A DNA stretch of 64,000 nt from an uncultured virus (IMG/VR IMGVR_UViG_3300020183_000016) (lineage: Duplodnaviria > Heunggongvirae > Uroviricota > Caudoviricetes). The notes under the pieces were generated by a model that searched no databases, was not told the DNA's origin, and saw only the letters and a list, made by a program, of their open reading frames with translations. Shown here one piece after another: positions 45,065 through 56,900 of this stretch. Where the stretch lies: positions 1 to 64,000 of IMG/VR virus record IMGVR_UViG_3300020183_000016; one strand, written 5' to 3'. Position numbers and translations under genes: made by a program. The stretch's first letter is position 1; each line of letters starts with the position of its first letter.

Positions 45065-48000
45065 ATGTCTAAATCATTTAGAATTAGGACAACACCAGGT
45101 AATGACAATGGGTATTTAAAGGTTAATGTTGATCTTAGTCAAAATTATGATCATTTAGAAATATTAAGTTTAAAAATATCACAAAAAGACGATTACCAAA
45201 GTTTTTGTTCTGAATATGGAGTAATTGCGGGTAGGGTTATAATCAATAATGGATTTGGTGTACCAAATGTTAGAGTTTCTATATTTGTACCTGTAGATGA
45301 TAATGATTTACAAGATCCTGTTAAATCATCAATCTATCCTTATACAGAACCATTTCCTGATCAAAAAAATAAAAATGGTATACGATATAATGTATTACCT
45401 AAAAATCAACAAACATTAGATCATACACCTGTTGGTACATTTCCTAAAAAAAGAGAAATATTAGATAATAATACTACTTTAGAAATTTATGAGAAGTATT
45501 ATAAATATACTACTACAACAAATGAGGCGGGAGATTATATTTTATTTGGTGTTCCAGTAGGTGATCATTTCTTACATTATGATATGGATGTAAGTGATAT
45601 AGGGTTTTTATCTGTGAGACCTTTTGAATTAATAGAACAAGGATATAGTGATGATTTATTTAAAGATAGATTTAAATTTAAATCTTCTAATAATTTAGAT
45701 AGTTTACCACAAATTTTTTCTGAAAATATACCTGTAAGAATTGAACCTTATTGGTGTGATAGTTTAAGTGTCGGTAATGGGTTAGGTATAAATAGATATG
45801 ATATCTCTATCGATAATTTAGAATTAGTACCCACTGCCATTTTTATGGGTAGTGTTTTTTCTGACGATGAAAAAGATTCTTTAAATAAGAATTGTAAACC
45901 AGCCAGAGAAATGGGTAAAATGAATGAAGTTATTACTGGTGCAGGTAATATAGAGGCATTAAGGAGAACAGTTGATGGTAGAATAGAAAAATATAGTTTT
46001 AAAGGTAATGGTATTGACGATAATGGTAACTGGTCTTTATTAGTTCCTATGAACATAAGAAAAGTGGTAACTGATGAGTTTGGTAATTTAGTACCTTCTC
46101 CTGATGGAATTAAAGGTGTTGCCACTGAAGGTGATTATAGATTTAGGATTTCTATGGATGCCACTTCTAATGATAAAAGATTAAGACAAAGGGCGAAATT
46201 TTTAGTCCCTAATACAAATAATAATTTTAATTTTAGTGAATATAGTCCCGAAGATTTAAAGAATAGTCAGGATTTTACCATAAACCAACAGTTATCTACA
46301 ATAACTACTGGTACACCGTATGCAAATGATTTAAGAAACCAATATAACTATTTAGAAGAATTTTATCCTTTTAGGTGGAAAAAAGTTTATACTGTAAAAC
46401 AATATATAAGTAGGTATCAAAAATTAGGTGGTAAGAATGGAGATGAGGCAAGAGGTTTTATAGGTATTAAAGATATATTAAATGCGGAAGGTGTTAATAA
46501 ATTCCCAACAAATAGAATTGATATTAATTTAAATCCTTTATATACTATAATATGTCTTATATTAACTTTTTTTGGTCATATAGTAGGATTCATTAATGGG
46601 ATATTAAACATCATTAATGGACTTATAACCCAAATATGCTCAATAAAAATACCTGTTGGGTTGACAATTTATTTAGTTTATTGTTTTAACTTACCAGCTG
46701 GATTTGAATTTTGTAACCAACCATATAAAAATTTATATTGCCCTCAACCAGGTGGAGTTGGTGATTGTGGTGATGGTACGAATGGTTGTGGGAATGAATG
46801 TGCCGCTTCGGGTGGTACAGTATTTACTTTAAAAATTTATATAAAATGGAGATGTATTTTTAGTCCTTTATTGTGTAATAAATGTAAAGGAATATGTCCT
46901 GCTTCTTCTACCCATAGTTGTTGCCCCTCATCCCAAACCAATCCATCATATCCTTATAATGGATGTCCTAGTAATAATGCGACTATACAGGCTTTAGCCA
47001 CTGCAGGTGTCCCTTCTAGTCCACCTTGTTGTAGTAAATGTTGTGTTAAAATACCTCTAATAGGTTTAAAATGTGCAGATGAAGGTTTGGATATAAGGGT
47101 TACTTTAATAAAGAGTCCATTTGGTAATTCACAAGGTTGTAATTCACCATTTGTTGAACCATTTAAATGTTTGAATTGTGGTGGTTTACAAACTGCAGGA
47201 ATTAAAGATTGGGTTTCTTGTGTAATGGAGCCTGTAGCAGTTTTTCTTAGAATGTTGAAATTTGATTTTTATAATGATTGGGTTGGTGGTACTTTATATT
47301 TCCCACTAATTAAAAGAAAATATAAATTAAAAAAATCTAAACGTAAATTTGGACAAATTAAAAAAGATAAATTTTGTGATTTTGATTGTAGAGAAAGAGG
47401 TAACAGTCAAAATTTTCAGGGAGATCCCTCATTTACCCAATGGAGAATTAAAATACCATCGATACTATTTTCTAATCCAACATTAAGTGTTAATGGATGT
47501 AATGCAAAGATAAAAGGTAGAAGAGTTACTGATTGGTATGGTACAGAAGAAAATGATTTACAAACACCTAATTTAAATTTGGCAGTAAAAGAGTTAGAAT
47601 TTAAAGGGAACACTCCATCATTTGATGGTTGTACAATAAAATTTAATTCCTTTACAGACTTTCAAAATACATTTAATGCTCAAGGTATCCCATATGAAAT
47701 AAAAGATAGAGAAGTTCCTGGAGTTCACGGAAAACCTGAGTATGTTGAAACTGATGGCGGAGACGGTACAACTTCTTGGGAAAACATAGGTGGTCACGGT
47801 CACCATAGAAATATTTGTGACGATACAAGAATGATGGAAAGAAAAGAATATTTCAAAACATCTAATGATTGTTCATTATATACTACTAGTTTACCCTCAG
47901 TCGAATTTTTACCTGATAATCAAAATTTCTTTGAGAATATAACCCAACCTGAAGGAGAAACTTCAGATGCGAATGAAGAATCTGAATGCCCAACACCTAC

Positions 48001-49246
48001 TTGTGAACCAGATTGTGGCTCTAATGGTGTTGCACCTTGCGTATATGATGTAACTTCATATAATAATTACATTAAAATAATAAAACATGGTTTAATAACT
48101 TGGTGGGATAATGAAATATATTATACACCATATATTCCTAGTAACGATGTTAAATATAATTTATCAGAATATAAAGCAAATTTAATGTTACCTACCACTA
48201 TTATGGAATTAGGTAGTAGTGTTTTTTGCGATATAGATGACATACCTTTTATTTTAAACGATATCCCAACAACTACATTCAATGTTAGTTATGAAGAATT
48301 TAAAACTAAATTGGGTAGTGCCACACCATACTTAAATGGTAATATTAAAGAAATTAAAAAATTTGATGATAAAAAAGATTTATCACTTAATTTAAGGGCA
48401 TATGTAGAATTTAGTTGTTTTAGTACAGTTTGTTCTAATATTGCGGCAACAGTAAATCAATCACAAGTTGGTGTTGAAATTATCGATGCAAATGATATTG
48501 GTATAGAAATAGGTAATTGTTTTTTACGTTTCAATCATGATACTGATGTAAGAAATTATTTTTGTAGAAGATTTAATGGTTATAAAGCTTCTAACTTAAA
48601 ATTTCATCATATGAGACCCGGTTCAATAGAATTTAATAATGACTACCAAACATATCAACCATTAACTTTAACAGATGGTACACCACTTTATTATAATTTA
48701 GATGGTGAAATAATTTTATCAGAATATAATGATGGTGATTCATTTATAACAGGTGATGCGTGTGGTTATTATAAAACAAATGGTAGTGTCGATTATTTTT
48801 ATGGTTTAGCGCCAGGTCAAACCTCATCTTATGTAAATTACCCTAATGGTGGCTCTTTAAATTTTGGGCAAACCGCAAATGGTGGTATTGATGAAACTGA
48901 TGATGGATTAAATGGTTTAGACACAATTAAAGGTATTAAATTTAACAGAACACAAACCCCTTATTATCTTTATTTTGGTTTAGTACCAGGAAAGACTGCA
49001 TTGCATAAAACCGTTTCACTATTTTTTGCAGATAAAATAAATGCTACAACACTTAAAGGTATTGGTCCATCTAATTCTACTGTTGATGAGAATATTAATA
49101 ATTCTCCTAATGTTGGGAATGAGAATCAAAATCCATTTACTATTTATAAAACTTGTTTAGGTGAAACTTTATTACAACAAGTTGAGGTAGGTTCACCACC
49201 AATACTAACAAATACTAATTTTAGTGGAAATTTTCAAACTGATTAA
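45065..49246 (+). CDS. Large baseplate-region structural protein with central hydrophobic and Cys-rich segments
   Basis: GVIAGRV...GVPNVRVSIF...TTTNEAGDYILFGVPVG (carboxypeptidase-regulatory-like beta-sandwich pattern); follows gp6. Confidence 0.75.
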   Translation: MSKSFRIRTTPGNDNGYLKVNVDLSQNYDHLEILSLKISQKDDYQSFCSEYGVIAGRVIINNGFGVPNVRVSIFVPVDDNDLQDPVKSSIYPYTEPFPDQKNKNGIRYNVLPKNQQTLDHTPVGTFPKKREILDNNTTLEIYEKYYKYTTTTNEAGDYILFGVPVGDHFLHYDMDVSDIGFLSVRPFELIEQGYSDDLFKDRFKFKSSNNLDSLPQIFSENIPVRIEPYWCDSLSVGNGLGINRYDISIDNLELVPTAIFMGSVFSDDEKDSLNKNCKPAREMGKMNEVITGAGNIEALRRTVDGRIEKYSFKGNGIDDNGNWSLLVPMNIRKVVTDEFGNLVPSPDGIKGVATEGDYRFRISMDATSNDKRLRQRAKFLVPNTNNNFNFSEYSPEDLKNSQDFTINQQLSTITTGTPYANDLRNQYNYLEEFYPFRWKKVYTVKQYISRYQKLGGKNGDEARGFIGIKDILNAEGVNKFPTNRIDINLNPLYTIICLILTFFGHIVGFINGILNIINGLITQICSIKIPVGLTIYLVYCFNLPAGFEFCNQPYKNLYCPQPGGVGDCGDGTNGCGNECAASGGTVFTLKIYIKWRCIFSPLLCNKCKGICPASSTHSCCPSSQTNPSYPYNGCPSNNATIQALATAGVPSSPPCCSKCCVKIPLIGLKCADEGLDIRVTLIKSPFGNSQGCNSPFVEPFKCLNCGGLQTAGIKDWVSCVMEPVAVFLRMLKFDFYNDWVGGTLYFPLIKRKYKLKKSKRKFGQIKKDKFCDFDCRERGNSQNFQGDPSFTQWRIKIPSILFSNPTLSVNGCNAKIKGRRVTDWYGTEENDLQTPNLNLAVKELEFKGNTPSFDGCTIKFNSFTDFQNTFNAQGIPYEIKDREVPGVHGKPEYVETDGGDGTTSWENIGGHGHHRNICDDTRMMERKEYFKTSNDCSLYTTSLPSVEFLPDNQNFFENITQPEGETSDANEESECPTPTCEPDCGSNGVAPCVYDVTSYNNYIKIIKHGLITWWDNEIYYTPYIPSNDVKYNLSEYKANLMLPTTIMELGSSVFCDIDDIPFILNDIPTTTFNVSYEEFKTKLGSATPYLNGNIKEIKKFDDKKDLSLNLRAYVEFSCFSTVCSNIAATVNQSQVGVEIIDANDIGIEIGNCFLRFNHDTDVRNYFCRRFNGYKASNLKFHHMRPGSIEFNNDYQTYQPLTLTDGTPLYYNLDGEIILSEYNDGDSFITGDACGYYKTNGSVDYFYGLAPGQTSSYVNYPNGGSLNFGQTANGGIDETDDGLNGLDTIKGIKFNRTQTPYYLYFGLVPGKTALHKTVSLFFADKINATTLKGIGPSNSTVDENINNSPNVGNENQNPFTIYKTCLGETLLQQVEVGSPPILTNTNFSGNFQTD

Positions 49247-49248
49247 AA

Positions 49249-51264
49249 ATGGAAGATACAAATAAAATATTATTAAATAGTGTTAGATTACCTAATAATG
49301 TAAATGTAGATACACAAATACAATTTGGTTTAGAAAATGTTAATAAACCTATACCACTTAATAAAGTTGATACAACAGTAAGTCAGTTTGAACAATTCGA
49401 AAAGGAAAGAAGAGAAAGTGGTATATATAGATTTTATGGCGTAGTTAAACCAGTTATAAGTAACACTATTTTTAATGAAAATATAAAAATTTATAGGAAT
49501 CAAAACCAAAATATTGTAAGTAAACCAATTTTAAGTAGTGCAATATTTGAGAAAGATGGCTGGATAGGTTATTATAATGATGAACCTGATGAAGATGCGT
49601 TACAATTTAATGATAACAAAAGTGCGTTATGCGAATTCTTCCCATTTGATCCTGGTTATGATAGATTAAATTTTTTGGATAGTGATGGTATTCAGAATTT
49701 TTTATTGAAAATAACATACCCGTTTAAAAGTAAAGATATAGTTATAGTTAAAAATGGTGCAAATATTTCATTAAAAGACGGAATACCAATTATAGAACAG
49801 TTTACAATCAAACTTAATGGTAGAAAATATACTGGTTTTAGAACTGCAATGAATCACGGATTAATAGATGGTGATAGAATAAGTTTATTAAACTTTATTG
49901 ATAACACACTAAATAATACTTTAAATTTAGGGGTAAAACCTTTTAAAGTTTTTAAATTAGGTAACCAAACTAATGATAATAAACTTAGAACTTTTGTAAT
50001 TGATGTTAATCCATCGGATATAAGTTTTACTGTTGGTATTAGTACAGTTAAAAGAGTAGTTAGAAATAAACCATCATCTTATTATGTTAGACAATTTAAA
50101 TCTTTAACTAGTTCTGATTATAAAGATTATGATATATACCCTGCCGCATATGGGGTTACATATTTTAATGACGATGTTGCGGCATTTAATTTTAAAAAAG
50201 ACGTTGATGTTAATGGATTAGTAGATAATTTAAATAGACCATTAAGTGAATTATATTTGACTATTGTAAAAAATGATAACGATAACGATCCAACATCGAT
50301 TAATACACAATATTGGCAATATAAACAACAAAATTTACCGACACCATTTAATACAAGATTTTGGACTAAGATTTCCGCAGGTTATCTATTAGAAAATGAT
50401 ACAAATGTAAACTATAATGTAAGATCATATGGTGATACTAATTTTGTTGGTTCATTCTATTATGAAAATATAGATGAATCAGATGATATTTTTGATGGTG
50501 ATATTGTAGAATATAATGAAAATGAATTATTGGAAAGAAGGTTAGAAGTAATATACCATAGAATTAATACAGTTTATAGAGAAAGATTAAATGAAATAGA
50601 TAATACAAAAGAAAATAAAACAGAGGGTTATATATATTCACCTTTTAATTTAATACAAATTAGAGAATTTGCGAATTTTATAAATCCAGTAGTTAATTTA
50701 CAATCTATTATTGATAAATATAACATTACTAACCCAACAGATTTAGTTAAGTTAAGAAAATCATTTAGAATACCTGATTATGCGACAGAGATTTCTCCAA
50801 ACGTGTTTAAATGGAGAGATTTATTAGAAATAGGTGAAATAGATAGTACTGGTAATGGAGTAGATTACCCATTTGAAGATGGGGCACATTACCTATATTT
50901 AGATAAAAGATTTTATTTCCAAAGGCAAGATCCGCCATGTGAATTTCTATTGATATCGGAAACTCTTACATTAGGGGCATCTGATGTAAATAACGTAAAT
51001 CAAAATAAATTTTTAAAATTAATAGAAGATCCTACTTTTTTACGATATACTTTTACTTCTGGTACATTAGTATCTAATATTGTTAATGCTGGTGGATCAG
51101 ATGGTTTATTAAATTTAGTTAATTATAATGGTTTTATACCTATTGAGTTGGAGGTGACTTTAGGGGATTATATTGGTGACTATGAATTAGGTAAAAGAGA
51201 TATTGGTGGTGGGTGTATTGATTTCTCAGTATTAAAAGAAAAAGAAATTGACGATGTTTGTTGA
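49249..51264 (+). CDS. Putative structural protein
   Basis: ORF track; tightly coupled within the baseplate operon. Confidence 0.75.
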   Translation: MEDTNKILLNSVRLPNNVNVDTQIQFGLENVNKPIPLNKVDTTVSQFEQFEKERRESGIYRFYGVVKPVISNTIFNENIKIYRNQNQNIVSKPILSSAIFEKDGWIGYYNDEPDEDALQFNDNKSALCEFFPFDPGYDRLNFLDSDGIQNFLLKITYPFKSKDIVIVKNGANISLKDGIPIIEQFTIKLNGRKYTGFRTAMNHGLIDGDRISLLNFIDNTLNNTLNLGVKPFKVFKLGNQTNDNKLRTFVIDVNPSDISFTVGISTVKRVVRNKPSSYYVRQFKSLTSSDYKDYDIYPAAYGVTYFNDDVAAFNFKKDVDVNGLVDNLNRPLSELYLTIVKNDNDNDPTSINTQYWQYKQQNLPTPFNTRFWTKISAGYLLENDTNVNYNVRSYGDTNFVGSFYYENIDESDDIFDGDIVEYNENELLERRLEVIYHRINTVYRERLNEIDNTKENKTEGYIYSPFNLIQIREFANFINPVVNLQSIIDKYNITNPTDLVKLRKSFRIPDYATEISPNVFKWRDLLEIGEIDSTGNGVDYPFEDGAHYLYLDKRFYFQRQDPPCEFLLISETLTLGASDVNNVNQNKFLKLIEDPTFLRYTFTSGTLVSNIVNAGGSDGLLNLVNYNGFIPIELEVTLGDYIGDYELGKRDIGGGCIDFSVLKEKEIDDVC

Positions 51265-52138
51265 TAAAAGAAAAATATTGATTGATAAAATTGGTAGTGG
51301 AACTACTATTGATATCGCATTGGGTACAAATTTTTTTCCTGTTGATAATGCAGAACTAATACAAGATAAATTTGTAGATGAAGAAGTAGAAAATTCTATA
51401 AATCCGATAATAGATTATAAAAAAGTTATTTTTAAACCCGCAGATAATAATTGGAATTTAATAAGTAAGTTTAAAATAAATTTAAATTTTTATACACCAG
51501 AAAGTATTGCGTTAGGTGCACCTCTACATAGGGGAACAGGTGCGGTACCTGGTTTATATAAAGATATTGGTTTTATATTTGATGATATTTTTTGTAGAAC
51601 TAATAGATTTATAAATAGTTTTATAAGATTTTCACTTTTTGATAAACCTTATAGTGGACAAAATGAATTACTTTCATTTTATGATGTTTATGTGCAGGTA
51701 GGTAAAGAACAAGAAAATTCATTCGGGTTTGTCTTACCCATAGATGATTGTCCTATAACTTTTACTTTAGGTGATCCTGTAACACAACCAGAAGAAATAA
51801 ATGAAGGATTTCAAATATATTGGTTTAAGGATTTAGTTGATACCGCACCTAATCAAGAATATATTATTTATGGTGCAGTGCAATTTAACAATGCTGGTAA
51901 TGGTAAAACATATGATATGGCAGCATCTAAAACCATTAACCCAAATAATATAACAATAACTAGTTTAGAAGGTGAAAATGGTATTTTTTATTTAAAAATT
52001 ATTCTTAAAAATGATAATGGAATATATAAATACAAATTTTCACCTAATGCTAAACAATTACAATTACCTCCAGGTGTTAATCTAAACCCATCAAACGGTG
52101 GAATTCCTACACTAACATTTTGGCAAATCACTCCTTAG
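51254..52138 (+). CDS. Putative structural protein (ATG at 51254)
   Basis: Overlaps the previous stop; baseplate operon. Confidence 0.75.
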   Translation: MFVDKRKILIDKIGSGTTIDIALGTNFFPVDNAELIQDKFVDEEVENSINPIIDYKKVIFKPADNNWNLISKFKINLNFYTPESIALGAPLHRGTGAVPGLYKDIGFIFDDIFCRTNRFINSFIRFSLFDKPYSGQNELLSFYDVYVQVGKEQENSFGFVLPIDDCPITFTLGDPVTQPEEINEGFQIYWFKDLVDTAPNQEYIIYGAVQFNNAGNGKTYDMAASKTINPNNITITSLEGENGIFYLKIILKNDNGIYKYKFSPNAKQLQLPPGVNLNPSNGGIPTLTFWQITP

Positions 52139-52153
52139 ATATTTATAAATGAT

Positions 52154-53029
52154 ATGGAAATAATAAGGAAAAAAAGAAATTTAGAAAATTATACTATAAG
52201 AAGTATACCTAAAAGTGTTTTGATAAAAAATTCTGAAGGTAAAACTATAATAGATGAAACAAACCCTAATTATTATTATGGTAAAATACCTAATTTTAAA
52301 ATAGATAAAGAAGGTAACTTTATTTTAGATTCTTTTGGACAAAAAATACCTAATACTATCGATATAAATGTTTTTCTAAAACAAGATATTGATGACATGG
52401 GGTTATTTACTGATGAATCATTTATACCAAAAAATCCGTCATTAATTAATAAACCTGTTGGTTTTAATTCTTTTGAATACGGTAGATTGGCGGGTGCACC
52501 ATTAAATTTTTATTTTAGTCCTGTTGCTACTATAACTGGCACTACTGATGATGGGTTACTTAAACAGGTTAAATCTTATAGAAAAGATATTAACGGAAAT
52601 GATATATATGTCACAAATTTAAATGTTTCTGATGATCCTAAAAATATATTTAATGGGGTTATAAATGATAGTTTAACAGAAACTACATATAAAATAGGTT
52701 CATTGGTAAATGATATACAAAATACAGGTGTTTTTTATAAAACATTTAAAGATGAATACCAAAAATCAATAGATGAATACGGTAAAGAAATAAGTTATAA
52801 TAAAACAGAATTTATAGCTTCAAATGGTGGATGGAATCAATTTAATACATCTATTAACGCAAATACAAAAAAAGAAGAATATTTAGGTGTAGTTTTTAAA
52901 CCAGAAGTTAAGAGTGTGGTATTTATAAATAGAGGTATTGCTGATATATTTGAAAGACACGCAATTTTATCAGAAATCAAATCAACTAATGACATTGACA
53001 CAAATAGAGGTGGATTTATAAGAATATAA
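52154..53029 (+). CDS. Putative structural protein
   Basis: Late motif at 52139; C-terminal PEVKSVVFINRG...FERH. Confidence 0.75.
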   Translation: MEIIRKKRNLENYTIRSIPKSVLIKNSEGKTIIDETNPNYYYGKIPNFKIDKEGNFILDSFGQKIPNTIDINVFLKQDIDDMGLFTDESFIPKNPSLINKPVGFNSFEYGRLAGAPLNFYFSPVATITGTTDDGLLKQVKSYRKDINGNDIYVTNLNVSDDPKNIFNGVINDSLTETTYKIGSLVNDIQNTGVFYKTFKDEYQKSIDEYGKEISYNKTEFIASNGGWNQFNTSINANTKKEEYLGVVFKPEVKSVVFINRGIADIFERHAILSEIKSTNDIDTNRGGFIRI

Positions 53030-53039
53030 AAATAAAGTT

Positions 53040-53942
53040 ATGGCAACAGGAAATTATGGAACAATAAGACCAGCAGATGTATCAGTAGAAGATGTAGAAA
53101 TTTTTTACAGTTATACACCTAATAGAGAATCAATAACATCGGTAGAGTTATTTCCTTTGGACCCTGCACAAGTATTGATACCCGCATCAAATCCTAGTAA
53201 TATAAGTGAAATATTTGGTGGATTATACACATTAAAACTACCTACATCAGTTTTTGGGGCAAAAGGTTATTATAATATTATTATACGACCAAAACAAATT
53301 AGAGCCATAATACAAGATTGTGCGGTTCTTATTGATAATCAAGATGTGAAGGGAATAGTCTTTAATATAAATCAAATACCATTAGAGTTTCAAAATAGAT
53401 TTGAGAATGGTAACTTAGTTGGGTATAGGATAGAATATCTTAAAGAACAAACTGGTACTGGACAAGACAAAATTCAAAATTTATTTAGGATAGTCACATC
53501 AAATAATAGGGCATTACCCATTACACAAAATCAAGGTAATTCAAATGCGTCACAAGCTTATACATTTAACGACAATTCAACAAGTGTTTTTTGTACAGTT
53601 ACTCCAGCTTCCGCACCATCAATAAAACCAAATGCGACTCCTTTTATTGGTAATCCACAACAAGAAGTTATTATTACAAATACGTTTTTTAATCCAGTTA
53701 TGTTGGAAATAGAGATGGTAGAGTTTGATGAAGAAACTTTAGCATATGCATTATTCTCCAACCAAACAAAATCTTTGGAAGATGGTATTTATACTATATA
53801 CAATTTCGGTAATGAAATTTATAGACAATACAATTTATATGAAGTTAAAGATCAATTTACAGGTAAACCATTGTATGAAGTTAGAGAACAGAAGTTTACT
53901 ATTGATCCAACAAAAGATTTTGATGACATAACTAATTTTTAA
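53040..53942 (+). CDS. Putative baseplate structural protein
   Basis: MATGNYGTIRPADVS; GGLYTLKLP; beta-rich; operon context. Confidence 0.75.
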   Translation: MATGNYGTIRPADVSVEDVEIFYSYTPNRESITSVELFPLDPAQVLIPASNPSNISEIFGGLYTLKLPTSVFGAKGYYNIIIRPKQIRAIIQDCAVLIDNQDVKGIVFNINQIPLEFQNRFENGNLVGYRIEYLKEQTGTGQDKIQNLFRIVTSNNRALPITQNQGNSNASQAYTFNDNSTSVFCTVTPASAPSIKPNATPFIGNPQQEVIITNTFFNPVMLEIEMVEFDEETLAYALFSNQTKSLEDGIYTIYNFGNEIYRQYNLYEVKDQFTGKPLYEVREQKFTIDPTKDFDDITNF

Positions 53943-53950
53943 AAACCTAA

Positions 53951-56900
53951 ATGGTGAATAAAAGAATAAAAGTAGCGGGATATGCTCAAAGAATATTTTT
54001 CAATGATAACATTGAGTATAGGGATTTTAGTCCTGATTTAGTAGGTTTTCAACTTACTAGTGATGGAGGTACTACGTTATTCACAAACGGTAATTTTTCA
54101 ATATCCGTAAATTTAGATCCTAAACCAGATATTTTATTTAAACAGGGTGCTAGATCTAAATTTTTTACATTAGATGATATTGTAAATGAAGGTACAGTTC
54201 AATTAGACATTCAAAAAAATATTAGAACTAAATTAAATTTAGATATAACAAATCCATTAAGTTATATATGGTATGGATCAGCTAAAGAATTAATTAGGGC
54301 ATCCCTTATTGAAATTCAAGAAAAATGGCCTGCCGCTATTTATGTTGATAATAAAGTTGGTAGTATAACAGGATACAATATTACTGATTATGTGTATGAT
54401 ATTGAAGCGGACGAATCTACTTTTTCAGTAAATAGTAATTTCTTTGTTAACCCTTACAATATTAAATACACATTGGATTCTCAATACGTTGGTAATAACG
54501 ATACATCCAATCCATTAAGAAATTTTACATTAAAATATGGTTCTTATGTTGTAGAGCATAATGGTATTGTTAGGAAAATTAAAAATATAACACCGTCAGT
54601 TCAAAAAACAAATTCTGTTTTAGGATTAGTTGTTGAGGGTAATCCATTTCCTGAATTAACGGGTATCTTTATACCCCAATTATCTTTCTTATTTAACAAT
54701 GTAAACGCATCGATACCTTATTTTATAAAACCAAATGAGGATGAAATAGAAAAATTCTTTAGTGGATTAAATGACTTCCAATTAAACATTTTAAATAGAA
54801 ATATATACCCAAAATATAAATCTGAAATAATAAGTACTAATTATACTGATGATGGTGTATTATTAACATCTAAGTCTATATTAAACTTCCCAATATTAGA
54901 AGATGGATACAATTTAAATTTTTTCGATAGTTTTTATATTGCATACTTAGATTCGTTAAATAAATTAGGTGAAGGTTTAGATGAGACAAAAACTGATACT
55001 ATAATTAGAAAATATACTACTGAAGCAATAAGTAGTTTTGATTCATTGCCTAAGGCAGATGGTAATGATTATGTAATAAATGGTGAAAAGGCTACTAAAT
55101 TACTTAGAATATATGGTGTTGAATTTGATTATGTAAAAAAATATATAAATGCGATAAAATTTGCACATGTAGTAACATACGATAAAAGAAATAATGTACC
55201 AGATTCTTTAGTAAAAGATTTGGCTTTTATGTTAGGGTTAGAACCTATAAATTTTATCACTGATGCTTCATTTAGTAAATTATTTTTACCTAGTAATGGT
55301 TCTACTACTTTTAGTGGGACATCGGTAAATATGACACAAGCTGAAATAGATATTGAACTTTATAGGAGATTAATTCTTAATATTGCTTGGTTATGGAAAA
55401 GTAAGGGTAGTAGAAAGGCAGTAGAATTTTTATTTAGATTCATTGGGGCACCAGAATCGTTAGTTAATTTTAATGAATATATTGTCATTGTGGATAAACC
55501 TTTAGATATAGAAGAAATTAAAAAACTTTTATATCTTTATACGGGACAAGTTAATTTAGATAATATACCGTATGATGAAAATGGTTTTCCATTACCACCT
55601 ATTAATGGTGACATAGTAATAAGTAATTTTATTGATCCAGAAACTGGTGGTTTAGTAGAAAATGATTTTACTGAAATGTACTTTCAAAAAGCTGGAGGAT
55701 GGTATAGGGAAACTTACGGTTCTAATGTTGTATCAGTTTTGAACGGTAATAATCCTCATGTTGGACCTTATGATGGCGGTAACGAATATTTACAATATTT
55801 TAGTAGATGTTTTATACCTAATTTTGATAATGAGCCAACAGTAACTATAACCGCGAATACCTTAGTCCAAAATTACTTTTTAAACTATAACTATGGTATT
55901 TTTAACGGTATAAGTGATAATTCTGATATTTATACTACACAAATTACGTTTAACTCATTAATTAACGGTTACCAACCAATTGAAGAATGTTTAGATGTTG
56001 AATATAGTATAATTGAAACCCCACTACAAAACGATGGTAAAACTACTTTACAACAATCTTTTGATGAGGCAGAAACTCAATATAATGCATTTTTAGAATT
56101 AATAAAAAAAGATAATTATTTGATTTATTCACCTGAATGGCAAATTATAAAAAATAACTATGAATTATCGCTAAAAAATTGTTTAAATGAAGTCGCTACA
56201 GAAAATTGTGATATTAATAAAACATTACAAATTTGTTTAAATAAAACAGAAAAGGATTTAATTGAGTATAGTTGTTCTAATTTAAATTTGGAAGAATGTA
56301 GTCCTTTTTATTATTATACTAATGACGATGGTTTAAAAGTATCATTTGACGAATTCCCTTCTTGTTGTGTATCATTAGGGGGTAATTATGTTTCATATGT
56401 AAATGAATATGGTAGACAGACAGAATATTGTTCTAAGTTGGCACCTTGTATAGGTACACCTAATTCATTTTTACCTAATGGTATAGTAGTATTTACTATG
56501 ACTAATAATACTACCCCACAAGAAGGAACATATCAAATCAATGGTAAATGTTACCAATACATAAATACTCAGATATCATTGACAGAATTCCAACAACAAT
56601 ATGGGTCACCAGAAAGTTATATATCAAACTATTGTATTGCTAATAATAATCCTAGTCTATTAACTAATAGTCTTATAGGTGTACCTATATTATCTAATTG
56701 TAGTAATTATTTTAATGAAATAAGTTGTAATCAAACTTCAATTGTAAGTAGTCCAGAGTGTTGTGCTTGGTACGGTTTTGATTATCAAGTGGTAACTCAA
56801 AATTCGTCAAATCAGTCAACACCATCAACTTCTTTAAATGTTGCTACACCTAAGATATCTCTACAAAATAATCAAGTATCTAGTTATATTGTTTGTTTAA

